DNA of 64,000 nucleotides from Solirubrobacteraceae bacterium (GTDB lineage: Bacteria > Actinomycetota > Thermoleophilia > Solirubrobacterales > Solirubrobacteraceae). The stretch is from the NCBI GenBank assembly GCA_036498245.1, contig DASXIB010000042.1, forward strand, positions 13,709-77,708. Reading direction: 5' to 3'. Positions 19,681 through 29,577 of this stretch are shown piece by piece. Below the pieces are notes generated by a model. That model had not been told where the DNA came from, made no database searches, and saw only the letters and a list, made by a program, of their open reading frames with translations. The translations under genes and the position numbers were made by a program. Each line of letters opens with the position of its first letter. Positions within the stretch are counted from its first letter, which is position 1.

Positions 19681-19748
19681 CGCTCTCGAGCGAGCGCGCA
19701 CGATTTGCGCGCGACCGGCTCGAGCTGTCGCTTGGATTCGAGCGCGGC

Positions 19749-21260
19749 TCAGGCGCGCGCGAGAGGCGTCAATAGGGAGGGCCCCGTCGGGGCCTCCTCC
19801 TCCAGCGCGTACTTGCCGTTCGCGTCGTCGCTGCCCGTCAGCGGGTACTCGCCCGTGAAGCACGCGTCGCAGTGGGTCTCGCGCGTGGCGCCGACCGCCT
19901 CATAGACACCCGCGAGGGACAGATAGTGCAGCGAGTCACATCCGAGCTCGCGGGCGACCTCCTCGGTCGTGCGCTCGTGGGCGATCATCTCCTCGCGCGT
20001 GGACATGTCGATCCCGTAATGGCATGGGTGCTTGATCGGCGGCGCGGAGATCCGCAGGTGCACCTCGGCGGCGCCGGAGTCGCGCAGCATCTGGACGATC
20101 TGCCGCGTGGTGTTGCCGCGCACGATCGAGTCGTCGACGACGATCAACCGCTTGCCCGCGACCACCTCGGGCAGCGGGTTGAACTTCAGCCGCAGACCGT
20201 GCTTGCGGAGCTCCTGGCCGGGTGCGATGAACGTGCGCGCGACGTAGCGGTTCTTGACGAAGCCGTCGTCCTGGGGCAGGCCCGCGGCTCGCGCGAGGCC
20301 GCGCGCGGCCGGGTTGCCCGAGTCCGGGACCGCGATCACGAGGTCCGCGTCGACCGGCGCCTCGCGCCACAGGATCTCCCCCATCCGCCCACGCGCGACC
20401 TGCAGCACCTGGTCGTTCATGCGCGAGTCGGGCCGCGCGAAGTAGATGTACTCGAACACGCAGAACGCGCGCCTGGCGCCGGGGGAGACGAGCCGGCTCG
20501 ACAGGCCCTCCTCGCCGAGCGTCACAACCTCGCCCGGCTCCACTTCGCGGAGGAACTTCGCGCCGATGATGTCGAACGCGCACGACTCGCTGGCGACGCA
20601 GTAGCGCACCTGCCCTCCGAGATCGTCCCCAGCGGGCTCGAACGTGCCGATGGAGAGCGGCCGGAGGCCGTGCGGGTCGCGGAATGCCACTACGCGGTCA
20701 CGTGTCATCACGACGATCGAGAACGCTCCGCGCAGGCGAGGGAGGACCTCTGCGAGCGCGTCCTCCACCTGCTCGGCCGGATGGGTGGCGATCAGCGCGG
20801 CGATGATCTCCGAGTCGGAGGTCGAGCTGAACGTGACCCCCCGCTCGAGCAGCTCCTCGTGGAGCTCGACGGCGTTGATCAGGTTGCCGTTGTGGGCGAG
20901 CGCGACCTCCCGCTGGGAGCCGCGGGTGCCCTCGGAGCGTTGCACGGGCTGTGAGTTCTCCCATGCGTTCGAGCCCGTCGTCGAGTAGCGCACGTGCCCG
21001 ATCGCGAGCTCGCCGGCGAGCGTGGAGAGGTCGTTCTCGGAGAACACCTGGTTGACGAGGCCGAGCTCACGCCGGGTGATGATGTGCCCGCCACGGTCGG
21101 CCGCGGCGATGCCCGCCGACTCCTGGCCGCGGTGCTGGAGCGCGTACAGCGCGAAGTACGACAACCGCGAGACCTCGTGGCCGGGCGCGTATATGCCGAA
21201 CACACCGCACTCGTCGCGCGGTCCGTCGCGGTGATCTGCGCGCTCAGGCACAGGCTTCAC
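19749..21260 (-). CDS. purF: Amidophosphoribosyltransferase
   Basis: Propeptide then ECGVFG, LQHRGQE, GHVRYST, VVDDSIVRG. Confidence 0.98.
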   Translation of the reverse strand: MKPVPERADHRDGPRDECGVFGIYAPGHEVSRLSYFALYALQHRGQESAGIAAADRGGHIITRRELGLVNQVFSENDLSTLAGELAIGHVRYSTTGSNAWENSQPVQRSEGTRGSQREVALAHNGNLINAVELHEELLERGVTFSSTSDSEIIAALIATHPAEQVEDALAEVLPRLRGAFSIVVMTRDRVVAFRDPHGLRPLSIGTFEPAGDDLGGQVRYCVASESCAFDIIGAKFLREVEPGEVVTLGEEGLSSRLVSPGARRAFCVFEYIYFARPDSRMNDQVLQVARGRMGEILWREAPVDADLVIAVPDSGNPAARGLARAAGLPQDDGFVKNRYVARTFIAPGQELRKHGLRLKFNPLPEVVAGKRLIVVDDSIVRGNTTRQIVQMLRDSGAAEVHLRISAPPIKHPCHYGIDMSTREEMIAHERTTEEVARELGCDSLHYLSLAGVYEAVGATRETHCDACFTGEYPLTGSDDANGKYALEEEAPTGPSLLTPLARA

Positions 21261-21296
21261 CGTTCCAAGCTAGCAGCATCGCCGTACGGGGCCTCG

Positions 21297-23804
21297 TCAC
21301 GGGAACAGCTCCGCGAGAGCCCCGTGGGCGCGCTTCAGCTCCTCGAGCGTCAACTCCGCGTGGGATGCGCCCACGGCGATGCTCAGCGCGGGTCCGCCGA
21401 CCGTGCCGATCGACCTCACCCGAACGTGCTCTCCCAGCGTGCGCAGCGCAGCGTGCCCTGCGCTCACGACAAACCCGCCCGACCCCTCGCCGAAGAGGGC
21501 GGTAACGGCCGGTGGGGCCGGCGACACAGACCCCCGGCTCGGCGGTACAGGTCTGGTTGTCTCCCATAGATCCTCTCCCAGGTCGACCGCCGCGCCAAGG
21601 CCGCCGGCCAGGCAGCACTCGGCCAGCGCCACCGCCAAGCCGCCCTCGGCGATGTCGTGCGCGCTCGACAGCGCCCCCGCGCGCACCGCGTCGCGCACCG
21701 CCGCCTGAGCGGCGCGAACCGCCTCGAAGTCCACCTCCGGGAGGCCGTCGGGCAGCGGCTCGCCGCGCAGCTTTGCGAGCTCGCTCGCCGCGAGCGACGG
21801 GGCGAACGGGCCGACGAGCGCGATCGCGTCGCCCGCGCGCGCGAACCCGACCCGCCCGGCACGGCGCGCGTCCGGCAGGCGGCCGACCATGCCGATCACC
21901 GGCGTCGGGTAGATCGGTCCGGTCGCACCCTCGTTGTACAGGGACACGTTGCCGCCCACGATCGGCGCCTCGAGCGCCCGGCAGGCGTCGCCGAGTCCCC
22001 GCACCGCTTCGGTCAGCTGCCAGGCGATGTGCGGCTTCTCGGGGTTGCCGAAGTTGAGGTTGTTCGTCGTGCCCAGCGGCTCCGCCCCGACGCACGCGAG
22101 ATTCGACGCGCACTCGAGCACCGCCGCGATCGTCCCCCGGTAGGGATCGGCGGCCACCCGGCGCCCGTTGCAGTCGATGCTCACCGCCAGCGCGGGCACC
22201 GCCTCGGTCGAGGTCGAAGGGGCGTCGGCGGTCGGTCCGGCGGCGTCTGGTGTGTGTCCACCGGTGTCTGCTGGAGTTAGTCCACGCATTGCGTCGCGTG
22301 CGTGCGCGCGCGCGCGCGCGGCATTTCGCTGGAGTAGGAGCACCGCCGCGTCCGCCTGCTCCGGTCTGCGCACCGTCCGCGACTGGACGATCGCGTCGTA
22401 CTGCTCGAACAGCGGCCTGCGCGAGGCGATGTTCGGCGAGGCGAGCAGCGCGAGCAGCACCTCGCTGGGCGCATGGGTCTCTGGGGGCAGCGTCGCCGCG
22501 GGCGCGGGGTAGATCGCCTCGCTCGGCTTCTGCGGGCACAGGTCGTACAGCGGACAGTCGTCGACCAGCGCCCGCACGGGCATGTCCCCCACGACCTGCC
22601 CGTCGCACAGCACACGCATCCGGCCGGTGTCCGTGACGGTGCCGATCGCCGCGCTTCTCACCTCCCACTTCTCGCACAGCCCTTGCACCGCATCGAGGTT
22701 CGCCGGCTCGACCACGCACAGCATCCGCTCCTGGGACTCGCTCACCATCACCTCGAACGGCTCCATGTCCGGCTCGCGCAGCGGCACCCGCGCGACGTCG
22801 ACGTCGATCCCCACCTCCCCCTTCGAGGCCATCTCGGCGGCCGAAGAGGTCAATCCCGCCGCACCGAGATCTTGCAGCGACACGAGCAGCCCTTGCTCGA
22901 GCAGCTCGAGCGAGCACTCCAGCAGCTTCTTCTCCTCGAACGGGTCGCCCACCTGCACGGTCGGCCGCTTGTCCTTGACCGCGTGCCCCTCGACGCCATG
23001 CGGGGGGGCGCTTCCAAGGATGTCGCTCTCGCCGAGCTCGGTCGATGCGAGCACCGAGGCGCCGCCGATCCCGTCGCGGCCCGTCGAGGCGCCGAACAGC
23101 ACGATCACGTTGCCGGGGCCGGCCGCCGCGCTGCGCACGAGGCGCTCGCGCGGCGCGAGCCCCAGCGCCATCGCGTTGACGAGGCAGTTGTGCTCGTAGG
23201 GGCCCTCGAAGTAGACCTCCCCACCGACCGTCGGCACGCCGATCGAGTTGCCGTAGTGGCCGATCCCGGCGACCGCGCCATCGAGCAGGTAGCGTGCGCG
23301 GGCGCTGGCGACCTCGCCAAAGCGCAGCGAGTCGAGCACGGCGATCGGCCGGGCGCCGATCGCGAAGATGTCGCGCAGGATGCCCCCGACGCCGGTGGCG
23401 GCGCCCTGGAACGGCTCGACCGCGCTGGGGTGGTTGTGCGACTCGACCTTGAACGCGCAGGCGAGACCGTCGCCCACGTCGACTGCGCCGGCGTTCTCGC
23501 CGGGACCCATCACCACGTGCGGTCCCTCCGTCGGCAGCGTGCGCAGCAGCTTCTTCGAGTGCTTGTAAGCGCAGTGCTCGCTCCACAGCAGCGAGTACAT
23601 CGCCAGCTCGACATGGTTCGGCGGCCCGCCCTGCTTCTCGCACACGAGCTCGTACTCGGCGCGCGTCAACCCCAGCGCGAGCGCGTCCTCCAAGGAGGGG
23701 AGCGACTCGATACTCGGCGACAATGTCGGGGTGGTGGTCTCTGGCGGCGTGTCGATCGTCTCTGGCGTCCTGCCGGCCAGGGGCCCCGGGTGAGGCTCAG
23801 ACAT
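21297..23804 (-). CDS. purL: FGAM synthase large subunit (small-type PurL) with extra loop insertions
   Basis: WSEHCAYK, KVESHNHPS, QDLGAAG, SESQERM, NFGNPE, GGNVSLYN. Confidence 0.97.
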   Translation of the reverse strand: MSEPHPGPLAGRTPETIDTPPETTTPTLSPSIESLPSLEDALALGLTRAEYELVCEKQGGPPNHVELAMYSLLWSEHCAYKHSKKLLRTLPTEGPHVVMGPGENAGAVDVGDGLACAFKVESHNHPSAVEPFQGAATGVGGILRDIFAIGARPIAVLDSLRFGEVASARARYLLDGAVAGIGHYGNSIGVPTVGGEVYFEGPYEHNCLVNAMALGLAPRERLVRSAAAGPGNVIVLFGASTGRDGIGGASVLASTELGESDILGSAPPHGVEGHAVKDKRPTVQVGDPFEEKKLLECSLELLEQGLLVSLQDLGAAGLTSSAAEMASKGEVGIDVDVARVPLREPDMEPFEVMVSESQERMLCVVEPANLDAVQGLCEKWEVRSAAIGTVTDTGRMRVLCDGQVVGDMPVRALVDDCPLYDLCPQKPSEAIYPAPAATLPPETHAPSEVLLALLASPNIASRRPLFEQYDAIVQSRTVRRPEQADAAVLLLQRNAARARAHARDAMRGLTPADTGGHTPDAAGPTADAPSTSTEAVPALAVSIDCNGRRVAADPYRGTIAAVLECASNLACVGAEPLGTTNNLNFGNPEKPHIAWQLTEAVRGLGDACRALEAPIVGGNVSLYNEGATGPIYPTPVIGMVGRLPDARRAGRVGFARAGDAIALVGPFAPSLAASELAKLRGEPLPDGLPEVDFEAVRAAQAAVRDAVRAGALSSAHDIAEGGLAVALAECCLAGGLGAAVDLGEDLWETTRPVPPSRGSVSPAPPAVTALFGEGSGGFVVSAGHAALRTLGEHVRVRSIGTVGGPALSIAVGASHAELTLEELKRAHGALAELFP
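22294..22324. repeat. Alternating-GC intragenic element, copy 2 (core only)
   Basis: TCGCGTGCGTGCGCGCGCGCGCGCGCGGCAT has the same core length and TC...GGCA ends as copies 1 and 3, and lies in a PurL insertion. Confidence 0.65.
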
Positions 23805-24471
23805 GTGCGCCCTCGACGGCTAGGCGCACCGACTCGAAGATCTTCAACCCGTCGGTCGAGCCGGTCAGCTCGTCGACCGCGTGCTCGGGGTGGGGCATCA
23901 GGCCGAAGACGTTGCCGGCGCGGTTGCGCACGCCGGCGATGTCGCGGGCCGAGCCGTTGAAGTTGTGTTCGGCCGCGTACCGCAGCACAACCTGTCCGGC
24001 ATCCTCCATCTCCCCGAGCGTCTGCTCGTCGGCGTGGTAGCGGCCCCAGGAGTGCTTGGCGGGGATGCTCAGCCGCTCGCCGCGCGTGCACGCGAGGGTG
24101 AACGAAGTGTCCGCGTTCACCACCTCGATGTCGACCTGGCGAAAGATGAAGCGCCGGTTGACGTTTCCCAGCAGCGCCCCCGGCAAGAGGCGCGCCTCGC
24201 AGAGGACCTGAAAGCCGTTGCAGATCCCCAGCACCGGTCCGCCGTCGGCGGCGAAGGAGATCACGGACTCCATCACCGGGGAGAAGCGGGCGATCGCGCC
24301 CGCGCGCAGGTAGTCCCCGTAGGAGAAGCCTCCCGGGACGACGATCGCATCGGCGCCCTTCAGAGCGCGGTCGCCGTGCCACAGGATCTCCGCGTCGCCC
24401 ACGCGCCCGGCGGCGTCGAGCGCGTCGATCTCGTCGCACGAGCCCGGGAACTGGAGGACGCCGAACTTCAC
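23797..24471 (-). CDS. purQ: FGAM synthase glutaminase subunit
   Basis: QFPGSCD, PGGFSYGDYLRAG, GICNGFQ, MPHPE. Confidence 0.97.
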   Translation of the reverse strand: MKFGVLQFPGSCDEIDALDAAGRVGDAEILWHGDRALKGADAIVVPGGFSYGDYLRAGAIARFSPVMESVISFAADGGPVLGICNGFQVLCEARLLPGALLGNVNRRFIFRQVDIEVVNADTSFTLACTRGERLSIPAKHSWGRYHADEQTLGEMEDAGQVVLRYAAEHNFNGSARDIAGVRNRAGNVFGLMPHPEHAVDELTGSTDGLKIFESVRLAVEGAHV

Positions 24472-24473
24472 CG

Positions 24474-24737
24474 CTAGAGGGAGGCGCTCGGCGGAGACTC
24501 GCGTCCGGCGCTCCCGTCCAAGAGCTGGACTTCGTAGTCCTCGACGAGCGGGTTGGCGAGCAATCGCTCGCACATCGGCTGGAGCTGCGCCGGATCCTCG
24601 ACGTCGAGCTCGACCAGCCGACCGACGTGCACGTTCGCGACGCCGACGAACCCGAGCGCGGGCAGCGCGCGCTCGACCGCCACGCCCTGGGGGTCGAGGA
24701 TGCCCGCCTTCGGGCGGATCAGCACGCGCGCCCTCAC
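24474..24737 (-). CDS. purS: FGAM synthase subunit PurS
   Basis: RPKAGILDPQG...MCERLLANPLVEDY; GTGA overlap with purC. Confidence 0.95.
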   Translation of the reverse strand: MRARVLIRPKAGILDPQGVAVERALPALGFVGVANVHVGRLVELDVEDPAQLQPMCERLLANPLVEDYEVQLLDGSAGRESPPSASL

Positions 24738-25645
24738 GCCGAGTCCTCCAGCCATGCGGAAAACGGCTCGCCGACGATCAGCTCGTAGGCCTCGACGTAG
24801 CGAGCGCGCGTGCCCGCCACGACGTCGTCGGGGATCGCGGGGGCCGGGGGGTGCTTGTCCCAGCCGCTGGCCGCCGCCCAGTCGCGTACGTACTGCTTGT
24901 CGAAGCTCGGCTGGCCATGACCGACCTCGTATCCCTCGAGCGGCCAGTAGCGCGAGGAGTCGGGCGTCAGCACCTCGTCGCCGATCGTGAGCGCGCCGGT
25001 CCCGTCGAGGCCCAGCTCGAACTTCGTGTCGGCGAGGATCACGCCGCGGGCGCGCGCGTGCTCGGCCGCGAACGAGTACAGCTCGATCGACACGTCGGCC
25101 ACGCGTTGCATCAGCGCGCGATCGCCGACCAGCTCGGCCGCGCGGTCGAAGTCGATCGCCTCGTCGTGCCCGACGTCGGCCTTCGTGCTCGGCGTGAAGA
25201 TCGGCTCGGGCAGGCGCTCTGACTCGCGCAGGCCCGCGGGCAGCTCGATCCCGGAGACCGCGCCGGTCGCCTGGTAGTCCTTCCAGCCAGACCCGGTGAT
25301 GTAGCCGCGCACGACGCACTCGACCGGCAGCATCTCGAGCTCGCGCACGACGAGCGTCCTGCCACGTGCCTCCTCGGGGACGCCATCGGTCGCGGAGAGG
25401 AGATGGTTCGCCACGATGTGCTCGGTCTTGGCGAACCAAAACGCCGACAGGCCCGTCAGCACCTTGCCCTTGTCGGGGATCGGCGTGGGATGGACCGCGT
25501 CGTAGGTGGAGATCCGGTCGCTTGCGACCATCAGCAGCCGGCCGCCGGCTGTCGAGTCACCGTCGCCGCCCTCGGACCCGCTGAGGCGATACATCTCGCG
25601 GACCTTGCCGCGGGCGATCAGGGGCAAGTCGGCGAGGGGGGTCAC
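24734..25645 (-). CDS. purC: SAICAR synthetase
   Basis: GKVREMY, ASDRISTYD, ECVVRGY, ADTKFELG, DEVLTPDSSR. Confidence 0.97.
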   Translation of the reverse strand: MTPLADLPLIARGKVREMYRLSGSEGGDGDSTAGGRLLMVASDRISTYDAVHPTPIPDKGKVLTGLSAFWFAKTEHIVANHLLSATDGVPEEARGRTLVVRELEMLPVECVVRGYITGSGWKDYQATGAVSGIELPAGLRESERLPEPIFTPSTKADVGHDEAIDFDRAAELVGDRALMQRVADVSIELYSFAAEHARARGVILADTKFELGLDGTGALTIGDEVLTPDSSRYWPLEGYEVGHGQPSFDKQYVRDWAAASGWDKHPPAPAIPDDVVAGTRARYVEAYELIVGEPFSAWLEDSA

Positions 25646-25692
25646 GTGACGCGATCCTACCAACGCCCGATGACCGGATGGCGTGCGTCGGG

Positions 25693-27021
25693 TCAGGTAA
25701 TCCGATCGAGTCGCGCGACGATCTCCTCGGCGTGGCGAACGTAGTGGCCGTAGTCGAAGATCGCGGCAAGATCCAAGCCGGCGGCGCGGTCGTCCGCGGC
25801 GAGCAGGTCGCGCAGTGGAACCCCGTCGTCCCACGCGCGCTGGGCGAGCTCCTGCACGAGCCGATATGCGTCGTCACGAGACATGCCAGCCTCGACCAGT
25901 GCCAAGAGGACACGCTGGGAGAAGAGCGCGCCATGGGTCAGCTCGAGGTTCTCGCGCATCCTGTCCTCGTGCACGGTCATGCCTTCTACGAGGCCGATCG
26001 TGCGGTGGAGAAGGTAGTCGAGCAGGATCGTGGAGTCCGGCAGGATCACGCGCTCGACGGAGGAGTGGGAGATGTCGCGCTCGTGCCACAGGGCGACGTT
26101 CTCGAGCGCGGCCTGGGCGTTGCCGCGCAGCACCCGCGCCAGGCCGGAGATCTGCTCGGCCTTGATCGGGTTGCGCTTGTGCGGCATCGCGCTCGACCCC
26201 TTCTGGCCGGCGCGGAAGGGCTCCTCGACCTCGCGCACCTCCGTGCGCTGGAGGTGGCGGATCTCGACGGCCAGGCGCTCGAGACCCGCGCCCGCGAGCG
26301 CGACCGCCTGCAGTAGCTCGGCGTGGCGGTCGCGCGCGACGACCTGCGTGGAGACGTCCTCGCGCTTGAGATCCAGGCGCGTCAGCACGCGCTCCTCGAA
26401 GGAGGGGCTCGTCGCCGCGTAGGTGCCGACAGCGCCGGAGATCGCCCCGACGGCCGCCTGGGCGAACGCGTGCTCGAGACGCACGGCGTTGCGGTGGGCC
26501 TCGAAGGCAAAGCCGGCGAGCTTGACGCCGAACGTGGTCGGCTCGGCGTGCACGCCATGGGTGCGCCCGACGCACAGAGTTAGCGCGTGCTCGCGCGCGC
26601 GCGCGGCAAGCGCCCCGACGAGCGCATGTGCGCCCGGCACGAGCACCTCACCCGCGGTTCGCAACTGCACGGCGAGGGCGGTGTCGAGCACGTCGGAGGA
26701 GGTCAGGCCGAAGTGGATCCACCGTCCCGCCTCGCCGGCCGAGGCGGCGAGCACGTCGACGAACGCGGCGACGTCGTGATCGGTCGTGCGCTCGCGCTCG
26801 TCAACCGCCTCGACGGTGAACGTGGCGGCGCGAATCGCGTCGAGCTCCGCCGGCGTGGGGCCCGGCCCCCCCACGACCGGCCCAGAGGAGTCCGTGGGAC
26901 GCGCGACCAGCAGCCCCGGGAGCTCCTCGCAAGCCGCGACCTCGACCCGGCGCCAGGACTCCATGCGCGCCTCGTCCGTCCACAGGCTTCCGAGCTCAGG
27001 GCGGGTGTAGCGGGCGATCAC
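25693..27021 (-). CDS. purB: Adenylosuccinate lyase
   Basis: [27 protein letters not shown]. Confidence 0.97.
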   Translation of the reverse strand: MIARYTRPELGSLWTDEARMESWRRVEVAACEELPGLLVARPTDSSGPVVGGPGPTPAELDAIRAATFTVEAVDERERTTDHDVAAFVDVLAASAGEAGRWIHFGLTSSDVLDTALAVQLRTAGEVLVPGAHALVGALAARAREHALTLCVGRTHGVHAEPTTFGVKLAGFAFEAHRNAVRLEHAFAQAAVGAISGAVGTYAATSPSFEERVLTRLDLKREDVSTQVVARDRHAELLQAVALAGAGLERLAVEIRHLQRTEVREVEEPFRAGQKGSSAMPHKRNPIKAEQISGLARVLRGNAQAALENVALWHERDISHSSVERVILPDSTILLDYLLHRTIGLVEGMTVHEDRMRENLELTHGALFSQRVLLALVEAGMSRDDAYRLVQELAQRAWDDGVPLRDLLAADDRAAGLDLAAIFDYGHYVRHAEEIVARLDRIT

Positions 27022-27593
27022 GCGCCGAGGATCTGCGCCGCGAGGATCGCCGCGTTGCGGGCGTTGTCCAGGCCGACGCAGGCGACCGGCACACCCGGGG
27101 GCATCTGCACGATCGAGAGGATCGCGTCGAGACCACCGGCGGCGGTCAGGCGGCCTGACAGCGGCACGCCGATCACGGGCAGGTCGGTATGGGCCGCTAC
27201 GGCGCCCGGCAGCGCCGCGGAGATGCCCGCCCCGGCGATGATCACGCGCAGGCCGCGCATGTGGGCGTTCTTGGCGTAATCGGCGACGACATCGGGTTCG
27301 CGGTGCGCCGACATGACCCTGATCTCGTGCAGGATTCCACGCGATTCGAGCTCGGGCACAGCCTTCTCCATCGCCTCCATGTCGCTCTTCGAGCCCATCA
27401 CGATGCCCACGCGCGGAGCGTCGACGTCGATGTCGTCGAGCTGGGCCTGCACTTCGGCCTCCTCCATCGGCTCGGGCACGAGCGAGATGCCCGCGGCGCC
27501 CGGTGTGCCCCCCTCGCGAGCTGAGGTGTCGCTCATCGCCTGCCTCTCCTCGCCGTCCGGGTCGTCATCGGGAGTCGAATGCTCGCTCATCAT
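27018..27593 (-). CDS. purE: N5-CAIR mutase with acidic N-terminal extension
   Basis: [33 protein letters not shown]. Start is 27593 (ATGA overlap with purD) or 27536 (own SD). Confidence 0.95.
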   Translation of the reverse strand: MMSEHSTPDDDPDGEERQAMSDTSAREGGTPGAAGISLVPEPMEEAEVQAQLDDIDVDAPRVGIVMGSKSDMEAMEKAVPELESRGILHEIRVMSAHREPDVVADYAKNAHMRGLRVIIAGAGISAALPGAVAAHTDLPVIGVPLSGRLTAAGGLDAILSIVQMPPGVPVACVGLDNARNAAILAAQILGA

Positions 27594-28945
27594 GAGTCCT
27601 CCGCGGCGCCCGCAGCAATGTCGCGCCTGATCTGCATCCCGTCGAAGGAGATCATTCCAGCCGCAGCATACGCCGCCCGGCGGGCGGATCTGACATCGCG
27701 ACCAAGCGCGGTGACGTTCAGCACGCGCCCCCCCGCGGTCACCACCGAGCCATCGGCGCGTGCCGTCCCGGCATGCGTCACCTCGACGCCCGCGTGTCCC
27801 TCGCCGGCGTTTCCCTCCGACGCCCGCTCGAGACCACTGATCGCGTCGCCAATGGAGGACGAGGTGGGATAGCCGGCGCTCGCGAGCACGAGCGTCACCG
27901 CCCACTCCGGCGCCCACTCGAGCTCCGCTCCGGCAAGGCCGCCGGGACGGGAGGCGGCGAGCAGGAGCTCGAGCAGGTCCGAGCGCAGCCGCGGCAGGAC
28001 CGCCTGCGTCTCGGGGTCGCCGAAGCGCACGTTGAACTCCAGCACGCGCAGACCCTCGGGCGTCAGCATCAGGCCGGCGTAGAGGACTCCATGGAAGGGC
28101 GTGCCACGCGCGCGCATCAAGTCGACGACCGGCTGGTGGACGGCCGCGACGATCTCCCGCACGCGGGCGCTGTCGAAGCCCGCCACCGGCGAGTAGGAGC
28201 CCATGCCGCCCGTGTTCGGCCCGCGGTCGCCGTCGAAGATGCGCTTGTAGTCGCGCGCCGGAGCCATCGGCACGGCGCGCTCGCCATCGCACAGCGCCAG
28301 CAGCGACAGCTCCTCGCCGACCAGCCGCTCCTCGACCACCGCCCGGGGAGCCTCGGACGATTCCTCATCGCCAGCACGCTCATTGCCACGGGCGGCCGGG
28401 GAAGAGACGAAGCGGCCATGCAGGAAGACCTCGGCCAGCGCCACCTCGGCTTCGAGCGCCGAGTCGGCGACCGTGACGCCCTTGCCCGCCGCGAGGCCGT
28501 CGGCCTTCACCACCACGCCCTCGCCGGGCGCGCGCGCGAGGTCGCGCACCGCCGCCAGCCCGTCGTCCAGGGAGCGCGCGTCACGCCAGCGCGCGGTCGG
28601 CACGCCCGCCTCCCGCATCGCCTCCTTGGCGAACGCCTTCGAGCCCTCGAGCTGGGCCGCCGCGGCGTGCGGGCCGAAGACGGCGTGTCCGCGCTCGGCG
28701 AGCACATCGACGAGACCCGCGACGAGCGGTGCCTCTGGCCCGACGACCGTGAAGTCGACACCCTCACGCTCGACCGCCGCCACCAACCCGTCGACGTCCT
28801 CAGCGGAGATCTCGAGCAGACGCGCGTCGGCGGCGATGCCGGCGTTGCCCGGCGCGCACAGCAGCTCGGGCCCCTGGGGCGAGCGAGCGAGCGCGCGCAC
28901 GAGCGCGTGCTCACGGCCGCCGCCGCCGACGACGAGAACCTTCAT
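27590..28945 (-). CDS. purD: Phosphoribosylamine-glycine ligase
   Basis: [38 protein letters not shown]. Confidence 0.98.
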   Translation of the reverse strand: MKVLVVGGGGREHALVRALARSPQGPELLCAPGNAGIAADARLLEISAEDVDGLVAAVEREGVDFTVVGPEAPLVAGLVDVLAERGHAVFGPHAAAAQLEGSKAFAKEAMREAGVPTARWRDARSLDDGLAAVRDLARAPGEGVVVKADGLAAGKGVTVADSALEAEVALAEVFLHGRFVSSPAARGNERAGDEESSEAPRAVVEERLVGEELSLLALCDGERAVPMAPARDYKRIFDGDRGPNTGGMGSYSPVAGFDSARVREIVAAVHQPVVDLMRARGTPFHGVLYAGLMLTPEGLRVLEFNVRFGDPETQAVLPRLRSDLLELLLAASRPGGLAGAELEWAPEWAVTLVLASAGYPTSSSIGDAISGLERASEGNAGEGHAGVEVTHAGTARADGSVVTAGGRVLNVTALGRDVRSARRAAYAAAGMISFDGMQIRRDIAAGAAEDS

Positions 28946-29083
28946 TGGACGGCCCTCCCCCCGTTCATCTCGAACCTATCCTCGCACTGGCCCCACGCGT
29001 CGTGGATCGTAACCGGCGGGGAGCGGGATCGGCGCGTCGCCCCAACCGGGTCTCAGCGACGCCGCCGAAGGCGAGGGGGTGAC

Positions 29084-29365
29084 TCACAGAGACGCGATGA
29101 ACTCCTCCACAGGTATCGCCGCCAGCGTCTCATAGCGCCCGGTGCCGCGCGAGCCGAGCTCGAGCGACACGCGCGCCATCGTCCCCTCGTCGGGCGCCTC
29201 GACGATCGAGATGAAGTCGACGTGACCGAGCGTCGCCCACTGCGCCGTGACGGTGGCGCCGAGCTGCTCGACCTCCTTGTTGACCTCTCGAATCCGCTGC
29301 GGGTTGTTCTTGACCGTCTGCACGCCCTCGGGGGTGAGGGTCGAGAGCATGATGTAGGTGGGCAT
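29084..29365 (-). CDS. GYD-domain protein
   Basis: MPTYIMLSTLTPEG...WATLGHVDF..EAPD; SD GGAGG upstream. Confidence 0.85.
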   Translation of the reverse strand: MPTYIMLSTLTPEGVQTVKNNPQRIREVNKEVEQLGATVTAQWATLGHVDFISIVEAPDEGTMARVSLELGSRGTGRYETLAAIPVEEFIASL

Positions 29366-29577
29366 GATGGGCTCCTCCGTCCGGTTTTGCCGATGGCGCT
29401 CCCGGCCGATCCGGTCGAAAGCGCGCTCACGTCGTTTGTAGCGGATCGGCGGCGCTACGGGAGTTGCCATCGGTCCAAGGCCCTGTCCGAGGGGCATGGT
29501 TCGCCTGCCCAGGCGGGCGGTCGTTCTTCCGTCCAGAGCCGGTGGCGTCCGCCGTCCCGCCCCGTAGGGTGCCGCGC

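Noticed and set aside
21244..23643. Long alternative-frame and antisense ORFs (this one, and e.g. 27773-29617, 47924-49432)
   Set aside because: Arg/Ala/Pro-rich shadow frames are expected in high-GC DNA and overlap well-supported genes.
26583..26612. Fourth copy of the alternating-GC element in purB
   Set aside because: It is shorter and interrupted, and it encodes an ordinary PurB helix (LAARAREHA); probably a codon coincidence.
28975..29075. ZMP/ZTP riboswitch-like words (GCACTGGC...GGGGAGCG) upstream of purD
   Set aside because: They are on the strand opposite purD, and the 3' GCCTGGGC pseudoknot partner is absent.
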